Shown here one piece after another: positions 25,772 to 35,316 of a DNA stretch of 64,000 bases; positions within the stretch are counted from its first letter, which is position 1, and every line of letters begins with the position of its first letter. The DNA is from Polyangiales bacterium (GTDB taxonomy: Bacteria > Myxococcota_A > Polyangia > Polyangiales > JADJQN01), in NCBI GenBank assembly GCA_964202905.1, contig CAXNJO010000004.1, positions 192,001 through 256,000 of the forward strand, read 5' to 3'. The notes under the pieces are model-generated. The model saw only the letters and a list, made by a program, of their open reading frames with translations. It was not told the DNA's origin and ran no database searches. The position numbers and the translations under genes were made by a program.

Positions 25772-27577
25772 ATGCGCGTGTGCGAGTCGTGTCGGTCGCG
25801 CTTCAAGGACGGCGCGACGGTGTGCCCGCTCGACGGCGGGCGCCTGCTCGAGCTCCCCGATCCGCTGATCGGGCGGACGATCTCCGGGCGCTACACCGTG
25901 CTCGAGAAGCTCGGCGCAGGCGGTATGGGCACCGTCTACCGCGGGCGGCACGACGTCTTCGAGCGCGACCTCGCGCTGAAGTTCCTCGCGCCCGAGCTCG
26001 CGCACGACGCGGTCAGCCGCGCGCGCTTCCTGCGGGAGGCGCGCGCCGCCAACCGCATCCAGCACGAGCACATCATCGAGGTCACGGACTTCGGCGAGAC
26101 CGACGACGGCCTCGTCTACCTCGTGATGGAGTACCTCGACGGATGCCCGCTCTCGCGCGCCATCGCCGAGGGGCCCATGCCGGTCTCGCGCGTCCTGCCG
26201 ATCACGATCCAGCTCGCCTCGGCGATCGCGCGCGCGCACGAGTTCGACGTCATCCACCGCGACATCAAGCCGGACAACGTCTACCTCGTCGATCGGGACA
26301 ACGACCCCGACTTCGTGAAGGTCCTCGATTTCGGCATCGCCCACATGAAGGGCGATCTCCGGCTCACGGCGACGGGCACGGTGTTCGGAACGCCCGAGTA
26401 CATCGCGCCGGAGCAGGCGCGCGGCGCGCCGCTGACGCACGCCGTCGACCTCTACGCCGTCGGCTGCGTCTTCTTCGAGATGGTGACCGGGCGGCTGCCG
26501 TTCCGCGGGAGCACGCCCGAACTGATCGTCAAACACATCCGCGAGGCCCCGCCCCGCCCCTCCTCGCTCGTCGCGGAACTCCCGCCCCTCGTCGATGAGA
26601 TCGCGCTGCGTCTCCTCGCGAAGGACCCCGCCGCGCGCCACCGCGACGGCTACCACCTCCTCGACGATCTACGGCGCCTGCAGCGCGCCTTGGCGCCGGC
26701 ATCGAGCCGTGTGCCCGCCACGCCTCCGCGCCGTGCCTACGCGGGGATCATGCCCGCGGTGTCCATCGATGCGGCGTCGATGCGGCCCGCTGCGGCACAG
26801 CTGCCCACGACGCGCGCGCACCTGACGCTCGACGCGGCGCACTGGTGGTCCGAGCGCGCGACGTTGCTGCGCACGCTGGTCCAGCAGGCGCACCCGCGCG
26901 GCGACATGCCCGAGTGGCTCGGTCGTGCCGTCGCGGAGGTCGAGGCGGACGCGGCGACGCTCGCGCATCACCGAAGGAACCTCGCTCACCTCGCGCAGCG
27001 GAGCGCGGAGACGGAGCAGCGAGCCCGCGAGACGCGGCTGCGCATCGGGCGTGCGCTCGACGAACTCGTGAGCGACGAATCGCGCGCCGCCCGCGCGCTC
27101 CGGGAGTTCGAGAGCCGCGCAGAGGGCACACACAGCCGGCTGTCGGACGTCGAGCGTCCACTCGCGGAATCCTGGGAGTCCCTGCGCCGCGCGCAGGCGG
27201 GCAACGCCGCGATCTCGGTCGAGCTCGCGAATGCCCTCCGCGAGACGGGCGCGCTCGCGTCAGCGTGGCTCGAACTCGCCCGCGCCGATCACGCGGTCGC
27301 CCGTGAGCTCGCCGAGCGGCGCCGAGAGCGCGAAGACCTCGGGTTCCAGGTCGCGCAACTCAAGGGCCGCCTCGGCGCGATCCAGGCGGAGGCCGAGCAC
27401 GAGCTCGGGACGTTGCGCGCCGAGAGCGCACGCCTCGACTCGGCGTCCACGGCGTTGGGCGATGCGCTCGCCCGCCAAGCGACGCCCATCGTCCAGCACC
27501 TCGTCCAGTGGCCCGCGCTGCGCGCGGCGCTCTCGTTCGGCGGCACGCAGCCTGGCAGGACCGCCGCCGCGCGTTGA
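25772..27577 (+). CDS. Ser/Thr protein kinase with N-terminal Zn-ribbon-like segment and C-terminal coiled coil
   Basis: CESC...CPLDG; GAGGMG, ALK, HRDIKPDN, DFG, GTPEYIAPE; no TM segment seen. Confidence 0.95.
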   Translation: MRVCESCRSRFKDGATVCPLDGGRLLELPDPLIGRTISGRYTVLEKLGAGGMGTVYRGRHDVFERDLALKFLAPELAHDAVSRARFLREARAANRIQHEHIIEVTDFGETDDGLVYLVMEYLDGCPLSRAIAEGPMPVSRVLPITIQLASAIARAHEFDVIHRDIKPDNVYLVDRDNDPDFVKVLDFGIAHMKGDLRLTATGTVFGTPEYIAPEQARGAPLTHAVDLYAVGCVFFEMVTGRLPFRGSTPELIVKHIREAPPRPSSLVAELPPLVDEIALRLLAKDPAARHRDGYHLLDDLRRLQRALAPASSRVPATPPRRAYAGIMPAVSIDAASMRPAAAQLPTTRAHLTLDAAHWWSERATLLRTLVQQAHPRGDMPEWLGRAVAEVEADAATLAHHRRNLAHLAQRSAETEQRARETRLRIGRALDELVSDESRAARALREFESRAEGTHSRLSDVERPLAESWESLRRAQAGNAAISVELANALRETGALASAWLELARADHAVARELAERRREREDLGFQVAQLKGRLGAIQAEAEHELGTLRAESARLDSASTALGDALARQATPIVQHLVQWPALRAALSFGGTQPGRTAAAR

Positions 27578-27614
27578 TCGCGCGCGACGACTCTGGTAAC
27601 TCGTGCTGGTCCCG

Positions 27615-28166
27615 ATGTACGCACCCTACCGGCTGCGCCCACTGGTGCTGGCTGCCTCGCTGGTCGGCGCTCTCGCGGCCTGCGAGGCAGCGCCCGCGCG
27701 GGGGCGCTCGGCCATGCGTGAGGCGCCGCGCGCGGCGGAGCTCCGTTCGACCGTCGTGCAGGAGGCGCTGCGCACCGCGGGGCAGGTGTTGCGGACGCGC
27801 GGTTTCGCGCCGGTCGGAGACGAGCAGCGCGGCTTCGTCGTGACGCGTGGCGCGCTCGTGCAGGCGCAGCCGATGCGGAGCGGCAGCTGCTACGTCGCGA
27901 TCGGGGCGGGGTCGGCCGCGCTGACGTCGATCGACCTGACGTTGCACGACAGCGACGGAGCGCCCGTCGCCGAGGCCGCGCGACCGAGCGGCGCACGCCC
28001 GGCGCTGCGCTTCTGCCCTCCGCAGTCAGGCACGTTCTACCTCGCGGCCCGGGCGGTCAACGGGAGCGGGATCGTCGCGCTCCGCTCCTTCGAGGGGCCC
28101 GGCGGGCTCGAGGTGCGGGTCGACGACGTGTTCGGCGCGCCCGCGCAGGTCGGCGACGCGCAGTGA
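27615..28166 (+). CDS. Lipoprotein with one PPC-like Cys-flanked domain
   Basis: Lipobox LAAC; CYVAIGAG...IDLTLHDSDG...LRFCP; start 27603 or 27615. Confidence 0.75.
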   Translation: MYAPYRLRPLVLAASLVGALAACEAAPARGRSAMREAPRAAELRSTVVQEALRTAGQVLRTRGFAPVGDEQRGFVVTRGALVQAQPMRSGSCYVAIGAGSAALTSIDLTLHDSDGAPVAEAARPSGARPALRFCPPQSGTFYLAARAVNGSGIVALRSFEGPGGLEVRVDDVFGAPAQVGDAQ

Positions 28167-29890
28167 GCGTGACCCGCTCCGCGCGCGGCGTGTGGCAAAG
28201 CGCACCGCTCGCGGGGCTAGCCGTCGCGACCCTCCTCGGCTGCGGGCCCGAAGCGCCGACCGACCGGACGCCCGCGCCGCGCTCGTCGCTGCCCGCCGCG
28301 CCGGGGCCGATCGACGCGCTTACCCGACGTTTCTCGCGCCTGCGGCAGCGCCTCGCCGAGCGCGGGGAGGCACCTGCGTCCGGGCCTGCGCGCTGGTTCG
28401 TGCTCGAGGGCGAGGGGATCGAGGCGCCGCTGGACCTGCCGACGGATCGTTGCAGCACCCTCGTCGCGCTCGGGGGGGGCGGCCTGCGCGACCTGCGGCT
28501 CGCGCTCTACGACGGCGAGGGGCGCGAGATCGCCGTCGATGCGATCCCGGGGGAGGGCGCGCTCGTGCACGTGTGCCCGAGCAGCGACGCCGCGGCCCCG
28601 GCGTCGGACCACGCGCCGTATCACCTCGTCGCGACGAGTGAATCCGGTGCAGGTGCGCTCCTCGTCGCCGGATTCACGATCGACGCCGGGACGAGGCCGC
28701 GTTTCGACGGCGTCTTCGACGGACTCCTCGCGCCGCGGGTAGAGCGGGTCGTCGTCGAGGCGCGGCTGGCGCGCGCGCGGGAGCCGCTCGTCGCGCGGGG
28801 GCTCGTGCCGGAGTCGGCGCCCACGCTGGGGACGCTCGTCGAGGGCGGCACGCTCCGTCGCACCGAGGAGCTCTCGCCGGACCATTGCTACACGGTGGTC
28901 GCAGCCGCGACGGACGACCTCGTCGATGCCGACCTCTTCGTGTACGACCCGCAAGGTGCTGAGATCGCGCGCGAAATCGGCCGCGACGCGGCGCCCGCGC
29001 TCCAATTCTGCCCGCTCGAAGCGGGGCTCCACACGATCGAGGCCCGCGCCTTCGCCGGCTCGGGCGGGGTCGGACTCGAGCTGCTCCGAGGCCCGGCGCA
29101 GGTCGCCGCCTCCACCCCGGTGACCGACGCGTCGGACGAGCCCCCGGATGCCCGCAGCGCAGGGCTCGAGGACGCGGACATCGCCCCGGCGGCGGCGCTC
29201 GAACCCGTGCTCGCCTCGCTCACCGCGCGCGGCTACGGGCGGGCGACCCGCGTCGAAGGAGACGGCGCGATCGCCCCCGGCGACGAACGCACGCATGCCC
29301 TCGTCGCGCCCGCCGGCTGCGTCGTCGTGCTCGGCGCAGGCTCCGGGCGCGGTGCCGACCTCGACCTCACGCTCACCGATGCGCGGGGCGCGCCGCTGGC
29401 GCGCGACACCAGCGTCCAGACGGTCGCGCGGGCCGCGTTTTGTCAGCCAGGAGCGGGAACGGTCCACGCTACGGTGAAGGCCTACGGCCGGGCGGGGCAG
29501 TACGCGCTCGCGATGGTGTCCGCGCCGCGCGGCATCGGGACGCCCCAGGCCCTCCGTCTCGATGAGGCCCGCGCCTCGTTCGTCGGCCGCGGCTACCGCA
29601 GCGCGTCGACCAGCGCGATCACGCTGGCGCAGGGAGACCGACGCGCACTGCCGTTCAGCGTCCGCGGCGGGACGTGCGCGGCGCTCGCCGTCGCCGGCGA
29701 GCCCGGCCTCACCGACATCGACCTCTTCCTCCGTGACGCCGACGGGCGCCTGCTCGTCCGCGACTCGGGTCCGGCGCCGTTCGCGAGCGTGTCCCGATGC
29801 GCCGCCGGCGACGAGACGCTGCACGTCGAGGTCGTCGCGTACCGCGGCAGCGGGAGCGTCGCCGTCGAACGCCTCGAGGCAGAGCCATGA
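28163..29890 (+). CDS. Lipoprotein with four PPC-like Cys-flanked domains
   Basis: Lipobox LLGC; four DxDLxLxDxxG-type repeats; GTGA coupling. Confidence 0.78.
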   Translation: MSVTRSARGVWQSAPLAGLAVATLLGCGPEAPTDRTPAPRSSLPAAPGPIDALTRRFSRLRQRLAERGEAPASGPARWFVLEGEGIEAPLDLPTDRCSTLVALGGGGLRDLRLALYDGEGREIAVDAIPGEGALVHVCPSSDAAAPASDHAPYHLVATSESGAGALLVAGFTIDAGTRPRFDGVFDGLLAPRVERVVVEARLARAREPLVARGLVPESAPTLGTLVEGGTLRRTEELSPDHCYTVVAAATDDLVDADLFVYDPQGAEIAREIGRDAAPALQFCPLEAGLHTIEARAFAGSGGVGLELLRGPAQVAASTPVTDASDEPPDARSAGLEDADIAPAAALEPVLASLTARGYGRATRVEGDGAIAPGDERTHALVAPAGCVVVLGAGSGRGADLDLTLTDARGAPLARDTSVQTVARAAFCQPGAGTVHATVKAYGRAGQYALAMVSAPRGIGTPQALRLDEARASFVGRGYRSASTSAITLAQGDRRALPFSVRGGTCAALAVAGEPGLTDIDLFLRDADGRLLVRDSGPAPFASVSRCAAGDETLHVEVVAYRGSGSVAVERLEAEP

Positions 29891-31158
29891 GCCCGCAGGC
29901 GCGTCGACTCGCCGCGCTCGCCCTCTCGCTGATCGCGGGCGGCATCGCGTCGCGCGGCCGCGCCGACACCCTGACCACCGCGACCGACCCGCTCGGCGCC
30001 TGCATCGACGGCGCGCTCGCCGGCCTCGTCGCGCGCCCCGTCGCGGGCGTGTTCCTCGACGCGCCGGCGTCGAGGTCGCTCCCGATTCATCTCGAAGCAA
30101 CCGGATGTATTGGGTTTCTCGGCATCGGCCCCGAGCGCGTCCGGGGACTCGATCTCGGTCTGTACACCCCGTCGGGAACCCTGCTGGTGGCCGACGCGCC
30201 GCGCGACGGTCATCCCTACCTGCGCTTCTGCGGGGCAGCGGGGGTCGACCTGATCCTCGTCGTGCACGTCCGGACGGGGCGGGGCGAGGTCCGCGTGATG
30301 CGCATCGAGGACGCCCCTCCGGCGTTGGTCGATCTCGAGACGCGCCTCGATGCCTGCGCGATGCCGATCAGCGGCCTCCCGAGCACGCCCCCCGAACTCA
30401 GCCCCCCGCTTCCGGAGCGGCCGCTGACCGAGCAGCTCGGCGAAGCCGGCGCGCCCGACCGCGCCCTCGGCCGCGAGCCACTCGGCCCGCCCCTCACCGC
30501 GACGCTCGCAGAACATGCGTCCGTGCGACGGCCGCTCGAGCTCGGCGCCGCGGGTTGCTATGTCGTCGTCGGCCTCGGTGAAGGCGCGATCCATGCGCTC
30601 GGGCTCGGCCTCGACGACCCGGCGGGTCGAGGTGTCGCGGCGACGCTGGTGCGCGAACGCGCGGCGCGCCTCGAATTCTGCGTGCCCGCGCCGGGCCGGT
30701 GCGCGCTCCGGGTCCACGCAACGTCGGGACACGGCGAAGTCGGCGCGCAGCTCTTTCGCGTCCGGGAGCCTGAGGTGGAGCGCCCCGCGGGGCTCGAAGG
30801 CGGGGCCCGCGTGCGGTACGCGGAGGTCGCCGCGGTCTTGGCCAGGCGGGATCTGCCGGCCCGCCCGCTCGGCTGGGTGCAACTCGAGCCGGGCGAGGAG
30901 TTGCGGGTCCCCGTGCGCGTCGGGGGCGGCGCGTGTGTCGGCATCGCGGTGGTGCTGGCGGACTCGCCATCGACCGGCGGCGTCGAACTCGCGGTCGAGG
31001 GCGCGGACCAGCGCGTGCTCGCGTTCGGCACCGGGCAGGCGCCGGCGGGGTTCCTCTACGTCTGCGCCGAGCGGGACGAGCGCCTCCGCGTCCTCGCGCG
31101 GGCGTCCGGGACGGGGACGACGCGGGCCCTGCTCGTCGTGGGGGGGGGGGCGCCGTGA
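29887..31158 (+). CDS. Exported protein with three PPC-like Cys-flanked domains
   Basis: Signal-like MSPQARRLAALALSLIAGG; three repeats; ATGA coupling. Confidence 0.75.
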   Translation: MSPQARRLAALALSLIAGGIASRGRADTLTTATDPLGACIDGALAGLVARPVAGVFLDAPASRSLPIHLEATGCIGFLGIGPERVRGLDLGLYTPSGTLLVADAPRDGHPYLRFCGAAGVDLILVVHVRTGRGEVRVMRIEDAPPALVDLETRLDACAMPISGLPSTPPELSPPLPERPLTEQLGEAGAPDRALGREPLGPPLTATLAEHASVRRPLELGAAGCYVVVGLGEGAIHALGLGLDDPAGRGVAATLVRERAARLEFCVPAPGRCALRVHATSGHGEVGAQLFRVREPEVERPAGLEGGARVRYAEVAAVLARRDLPARPLGWVQLEPGEELRVPVRVGGGACVGIAVVLADSPSTGGVELAVEGADQRVLAFGTGQAPAGFLYVCAERDERLRVLARASGTGTTRALLVVGGGAP

Positions 31159-32843
31159 GGCCGCATGCGGCGACGCTCGCGTTACTTCTCGCCGCGTGCG
31201 GTGCCCCCGCCCGCGCGCCGGTCGTCGCGCCCGCGGTGCAAAGCCCCCCCGCCCGCGTGCCGGACACGCTCGACGCGCGCAGCGAGGCGCTCGTGCAACG
31301 GCTCCGGGAAGCGGGCGGCTCGGGTCCGGTCGACAGGGCGCGTGGCTTTCTCGCTGAGCGCGAGCGCGCCACGCACGACGTGACGGTGCCCGCGGGTCAG
31401 TGCGCCACACTCACCGTGCTCGCCTCGCCGGGGCTGCGCGACATCGACGCCGCGCTCTTCACGCGCGAGGGCGACCCACTCGCCACGGACACCGCGCAGG
31501 ACCCGCACCCGACCGTGCAGGTCTGCGCCGCGCGCGCCGCGCCGCGCCGCGCCGCGCTCGTCCTGGTGGCGTACGCCGGCGCGGGCGCCTACACGCTCTC
31601 GAGTTTCACGAGTCCCCGCGCGGCGCTCCCCGCCCTCGCGCTCGCGGTCGGCGGCACCCCCGGCCGCGCGCCCGACCCGGACGACACGCACGGGGGCGAT
31701 GCGCGGCTGCGCGAGCTCACGTCCGGCGCGTTGCGTCGTGGCTTCGCGCCGCGCGGCCCAGTCCGCGACGTCTCCCTCGTCGCCGGGCAGCGCGTGTGGC
31801 TGCCAGTCCCGCTGGAGGCGGGCGCATGTGTTCTCGTGGCCGCCCTCTCCGGGGACGCGTCGTTCGACGTCGATGCCGCGCTCCTCGACGCAGACGGTGC
31901 GGAGCTCGCGCGCGACGTCGGCACCGGGCGGGACGCGCGTCTTCAGCTTTGCGCGGCGCAGACCGCCGACCTGACGCTGGTGCTCACCGCGGCGCATGGC
32001 GACGGCACCGCGCAGACCGCGGTGTTCGTCGGGCCGGCGAGCCGCGTCGGCGGCGAGGGGGCGCTCTGGCTCGGTCGCTCGGCCACGCGACACGCACCGA
32101 CGAATTCTCTCGTCGATCCGGACGGATGCGACGCGCCCACGCGCCTCTCGCTGGCCCGCGCGGCGGGGGACGGATTCGCGGCGCAGGCGACCCCACGCTG
32201 TGCGCCTCTCGCGCGGGGCGAGGCGCGCCGCGTGGCGGTCCACGTCGAGGGCGGCGTGTGTGCTCGGTTCGAGGCAGTGGCGTCTCCCGGCATCGCGCGC
32301 GCCCACGTCGCGCTGACCCGCGACGGCGCGCCACTCGTCGAGCACACCGGCCGCGGCCTCGCCGACCCCGCGATCGTCCACGTCTGCAGCGCAGCGCCGC
32401 TCGACCTCGAGGCGTCCGTCGTCGCGCGGGCCGGAAGCGGCGCGATCGGCTTGCTGGTCGCGACGCGCCGGCGTGCCAGCGAGACCGCGCTCTCGCCCGA
32501 CGCGGAGGCCTCGCTGCTGGACGAGCGCGCCCGCGTCGAGGCCGGCGGCGCCACACTGGGCGGGACGCGCGAGGGCCGCTGCGCACCCGCGGCGCCCCTC
32601 GCGATCGACATCGCCGCGGGCACTTGCACGCGCGCCGCGTTCGTCGCCGCGGAGGGCGCACCCGTCGAACTCCGCGCGATACGGGGCGGCGACGTCGTCG
32701 GCCGCGACGTCGGGCCCGCCCCCCACGTCGGGCATTGCGCCCCGCCGGGCGCGCCGCGGCGCGTCGAGGTGCGTTGCACCCCCGTCGAGGGCAGCGGCGC
32801 CCCCGGCCACTGGGCCCTGTCCACGCGAACCCCCGGCCACTGA
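31155..32843 (+). CDS. Lipoprotein with four PPC-like Cys-flanked domains
   Basis: Lipobox LAAC; four repeats; GTGA coupling. Confidence 0.75.
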   Translation: MRPHAATLALLLAACGAPARAPVVAPAVQSPPARVPDTLDARSEALVQRLREAGGSGPVDRARGFLAERERATHDVTVPAGQCATLTVLASPGLRDIDAALFTREGDPLATDTAQDPHPTVQVCAARAAPRRAALVLVAYAGAGAYTLSSFTSPRAALPALALAVGGTPGRAPDPDDTHGGDARLRELTSGALRRGFAPRGPVRDVSLVAGQRVWLPVPLEAGACVLVAALSGDASFDVDAALLDADGAELARDVGTGRDARLQLCAAQTADLTLVLTAAHGDGTAQTAVFVGPASRVGGEGALWLGRSATRHAPTNSLVDPDGCDAPTRLSLARAAGDGFAAQATPRCAPLARGEARRVAVHVEGGVCARFEAVASPGIARAHVALTRDGAPLVEHTGRGLADPAIVHVCSAAPLDLEASVVARAGSGAIGLLVATRRRASETALSPDAEASLLDERARVEAGGATLGGTREGRCAPAAPLAIDIAAGTCTRAAFVAAEGAPVELRAIRGGDVVGRDVGPAPHVGHCAPPGAPRRVEVRCTPVEGSGAPGHWALSTRTPGH

Positions 32844-32891
32844 GCGGATCTCGCGGCAGCCGCGGCGACGCCGCGAACGCCGGGCCACCCG

Positions 32892-33422
32892 CTACGGACC
32901 GCCCTGGCCGCGCACGTACGCGACGAAATCCGCGACGTCGCGCCCGAGGCGCCCCTCGGCGTGATGAGCGCTGCGGCGCCCGTCCTGCGCGTCCGCGACG
33001 CCCGGATAGAAGCGATAGGCCCGCTCGTCGAGGAGCAGCACCTGCGCCCGCGTGTCCTCGCCGGCCCCAGGGAGGATCTGCAACTCGAGCGTCGTCGGCG
33101 CGGGGGGGAGCTCGGCGACGTCCTCGCGGTCCTGACGCGTCACGTACTCGACCCCGAACGTGCCGCCGCCGAGGCGGACGTCGACGCGCATCCGCTCGGC
33201 GCCACCGACATCGACCTCCCAGCCCGGGCCCGCCGCGATCCCCTCGTGCTGGAGGGTCTCGGCGATGACCTCGAGCGCGCGCGCCTCGCCGAGGTCGTGC
33301 GGACGCGCGGGCGGCACGTGACCGGGCGGGGCGCCCCCGCAACCCACAGCGACCACCGACAGCAGCAGCAGGAGCCGGCGAGCCAGAAGAGATGCGCGGC
33401 GAAGGCGGGCGAGGTCGGTCAT
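32892..33422 (-). CDS. Hypothetical lipoprotein
   Basis: MTDLARLRR...LLSVVAVGC lipobox; ATGA overlap with the upstream gene. Confidence 0.7.
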   Translation of the reverse strand: MTDLARLRRASLLARRLLLLLSVVAVGCGGAPPGHVPPARPHDLGEARALEVIAETLQHEGIAAGPGWEVDVGGAERMRVDVRLGGGTFGVEYVTRQDREDVAELPPAPTTLELQILPGAGEDTRAQVLLLDERAYRFYPGVADAQDGRRSAHHAEGRLGRDVADFVAYVRGQGGP

Positions 33423-34015
33423 TCGAGGGTGATGGGGTAGCTGGCGGTGAGGGTGGGGCCGTCGAACGAGGGGAACGTGACGCCCCGCGCCGCGGCCCGG
33501 AGGCACTCCCCGGACTCCCCACCGACGACGGCGCGCGGCCCCGAGAGGTTCACCGCAGACACACGACCCGTGCCGGCGATCTGCAGGCCGAGCGAGAGCC
33601 GGCCCGTCACAGGCGAGTCCCCGGCGACGAGGAGCAGGCACCGGCGGATTCGCGGCATCGCCCCCTCGAAGGCGCGCTCGATCTGCGCGCCGGTGAGTTG
33701 CGCCTCGCCCCCGGATGCGCCGACGTCGAGGGTCCGAGTGCCGGGCTCCGCGAGCTCGTCGCCCGTGAGAATCTCCTCGTCACCGCCCGCCGCTGCGGGC
33801 GCCGCGTGTTCGCCCTCCGCGCCGCCGCGCCGCCCGCCCCGGCGACGTCGCGTCCCGCCGGCCGGCAGACCGGCATCCGGGGCGGTGTCAGCGGCGACCA
33901 CCTCCACGGGCACCGGCGGCGCTTCGGCGGGCGCGAAGTCACCGAAGACATAGAGCGCCGCCGCGCCCCCCCAGAGCAGCGAAGCGGTCGCGAAGCCGGC
34001 GAGGAACTTCTCCAC
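33419..34015 (-). CDS. Membrane-anchored protein with AgmX/PglI (TonB_C-like) C-terminal domain
   Basis: N-terminal TM, flexible linker, IRRC...GRLSLGLQIAGTGRV...ECL...FPSF...SYPITL. Confidence 0.7.
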   Translation of the reverse strand: MEKFLAGFATASLLWGGAAALYVFGDFAPAEAPPVPVEVVAADTAPDAGLPAGGTRRRRGGRRGGAEGEHAAPAAAGGDEEILTGDELAEPGTRTLDVGASGGEAQLTGAQIERAFEGAMPRIRRCLLLVAGDSPVTGRLSLGLQIAGTGRVSAVNLSGPRAVVGGESGECLRAAARGVTFPSFDGPTLTASYPITLE

Positions 34016-34067
34016 GGGTGCGCCATATACCACGCCCGCACCGCCCCCCCGGGCCGCGCGGCACGTC

Positions 34068-34096
34068 TTGACCGCCCCGTGCCACTCCTTTACCGT
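34068..34096 (+). promoter_or_regulatory. Putative sigma70 promoter TTGACC-N17-TACCGT
   Basis: Read directly, 9 nt before GTG 34106. Confidence 0.55.
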
Positions 34097-34105
34097 CCAT
34101 GCCCC

Positions 34106-34786
34106 GTGAGACTTTTCCCTCGCTCCTTCTCGTCGGCGCTCCTGCGGCTCGTGGCGCTGGCGCTCCTCGCGTCGCCTGCTGCCCTCGCTGCGCCCGGCGT
34201 CGCCGCGGCCCAACTCGACGACGAGCGCCCCCCGGGCGTCGGCGAAGGCGAGGACGACGCCCGCGAGGACGAAGGTCCGGCCCCCGTCACCATGCCGCTG
34301 CGCATCCTCGTGAGCGCAGGCGCGGGCTCGACGCTCCGGATCATCAACGACCTGTCGCTCTCTCAGGAGCGACTCGGGCCGTCGTTCCTCGACGTGGCGG
34401 GCTCGGTCGTGTTCCCCGGCGCCGGGCTCCTGCGGCACGGCGTGACGCTGGCCATCTCGACGAACCTCAACGGCGAGGGCCCCCCGCCGCCCGACGACAA
34501 CGGCATCGACCCGATCACGCAGTGGACGCTCACGCCCTCTTACCTCGCGTACCTGCGCTTCGGCGACGACGTCGTCCTCAGCGGTCGCGCGGGCGTCAAC
34601 CTCACGGTCGCCACGTACTTCGTGCCTGGCCTCGAACTCTCGGCGGGCGCCACCTACCTCTTCACCGCGGGGCTGGGTGCCTACGCGGAGCTCTCCGCGA
34701 ACCTCGCCTTCGGTGTCGCGAGCGAGCCGTCCCCGACCGCGAGCGTGGAAGTCGGCCTGATGATCGATTACGAGGTGCTCCCTTGA
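34106..34786 (+). CDS. Exported protein, probable outer-membrane beta-barrel
   Basis: Signal peptide, amphipathic strands, ends GLMIDYEVLP. Confidence 0.65.
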   Translation: MRLFPRSFSSALLRLVALALLASPAALAAPGVAAAQLDDERPPGVGEGEDDAREDEGPAPVTMPLRILVSAGAGSTLRIINDLSLSQERLGPSFLDVAGSVVFPGAGLLRHGVTLAISTNLNGEGPPPPDDNGIDPITQWTLTPSYLAYLRFGDDVVLSGRAGVNLTVATYFVPGLELSAGATYLFTAGLGAYAELSANLAFGVASEPSPTASVEVGLMIDYEVLP

Positions 34787-35316
34787 CCCCGACGACCCTC
34801 CGCCGCGCACTCGCGGGTGCGCTCCTCCTCCTCGGCCTCGGCGGTCCGTCGCCGGGCGCGGTCGGCTCCTGCGGCGGCGAACTCAGCACCGTCGACGCGG
34901 TGCAATTCTGCGCGAACCGACGCGTCGCCGAGTGCAACCGCGGCCGCGCCCGCGGCGACGCGCAGGCCGCCCCGCCGACGCCCTGCGCCGATGACCCCGC
35001 GACGCCCGAAAACGAGGCCGACCCCACCATCTGCAACTGGCGCTACTGCCTCGAGCAGGTCCCCAGCCGCTGCAGCATGGCGAGTTGGGCGGGTTGCAAC
35101 CCGCCCCCGAGCCAGGCCGTCGCTGAAGCCTGCCTGCTCGCGCTGACGAGTTTCGACCGTCTCGCGCAGCCCACGGCCGAGCTCGCCGAGTGCAACATCG
35201 AGGTCATCTGTCCGAGCGGTGCCGGCCTCTCGGAGGCGCTCGTCGAGGACGACGCGTCCTCCAACGCCCCCGACGCGGGCGACCTCGAGACGTCCGATTC
35301 CCTCGAGGTGCCCTGA
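34783..35316 (+). CDS. Cys-rich exported hypothetical protein
   Basis: Hydrophobic N-terminus, many Cys; TTGA overlap; start inferred. Confidence 0.6.
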   Translation: MTPTTLRRALAGALLLLGLGGPSPGAVGSCGGELSTVDAVQFCANRRVAECNRGRARGDAQAAPPTPCADDPATPENEADPTICNWRYCLEQVPSRCSMASWAGCNPPPSQAVAEACLLALTSFDRLAQPTAELAECNIEVICPSGAGLSEALVEDDASSNAPDAGDLETSDSLEVP

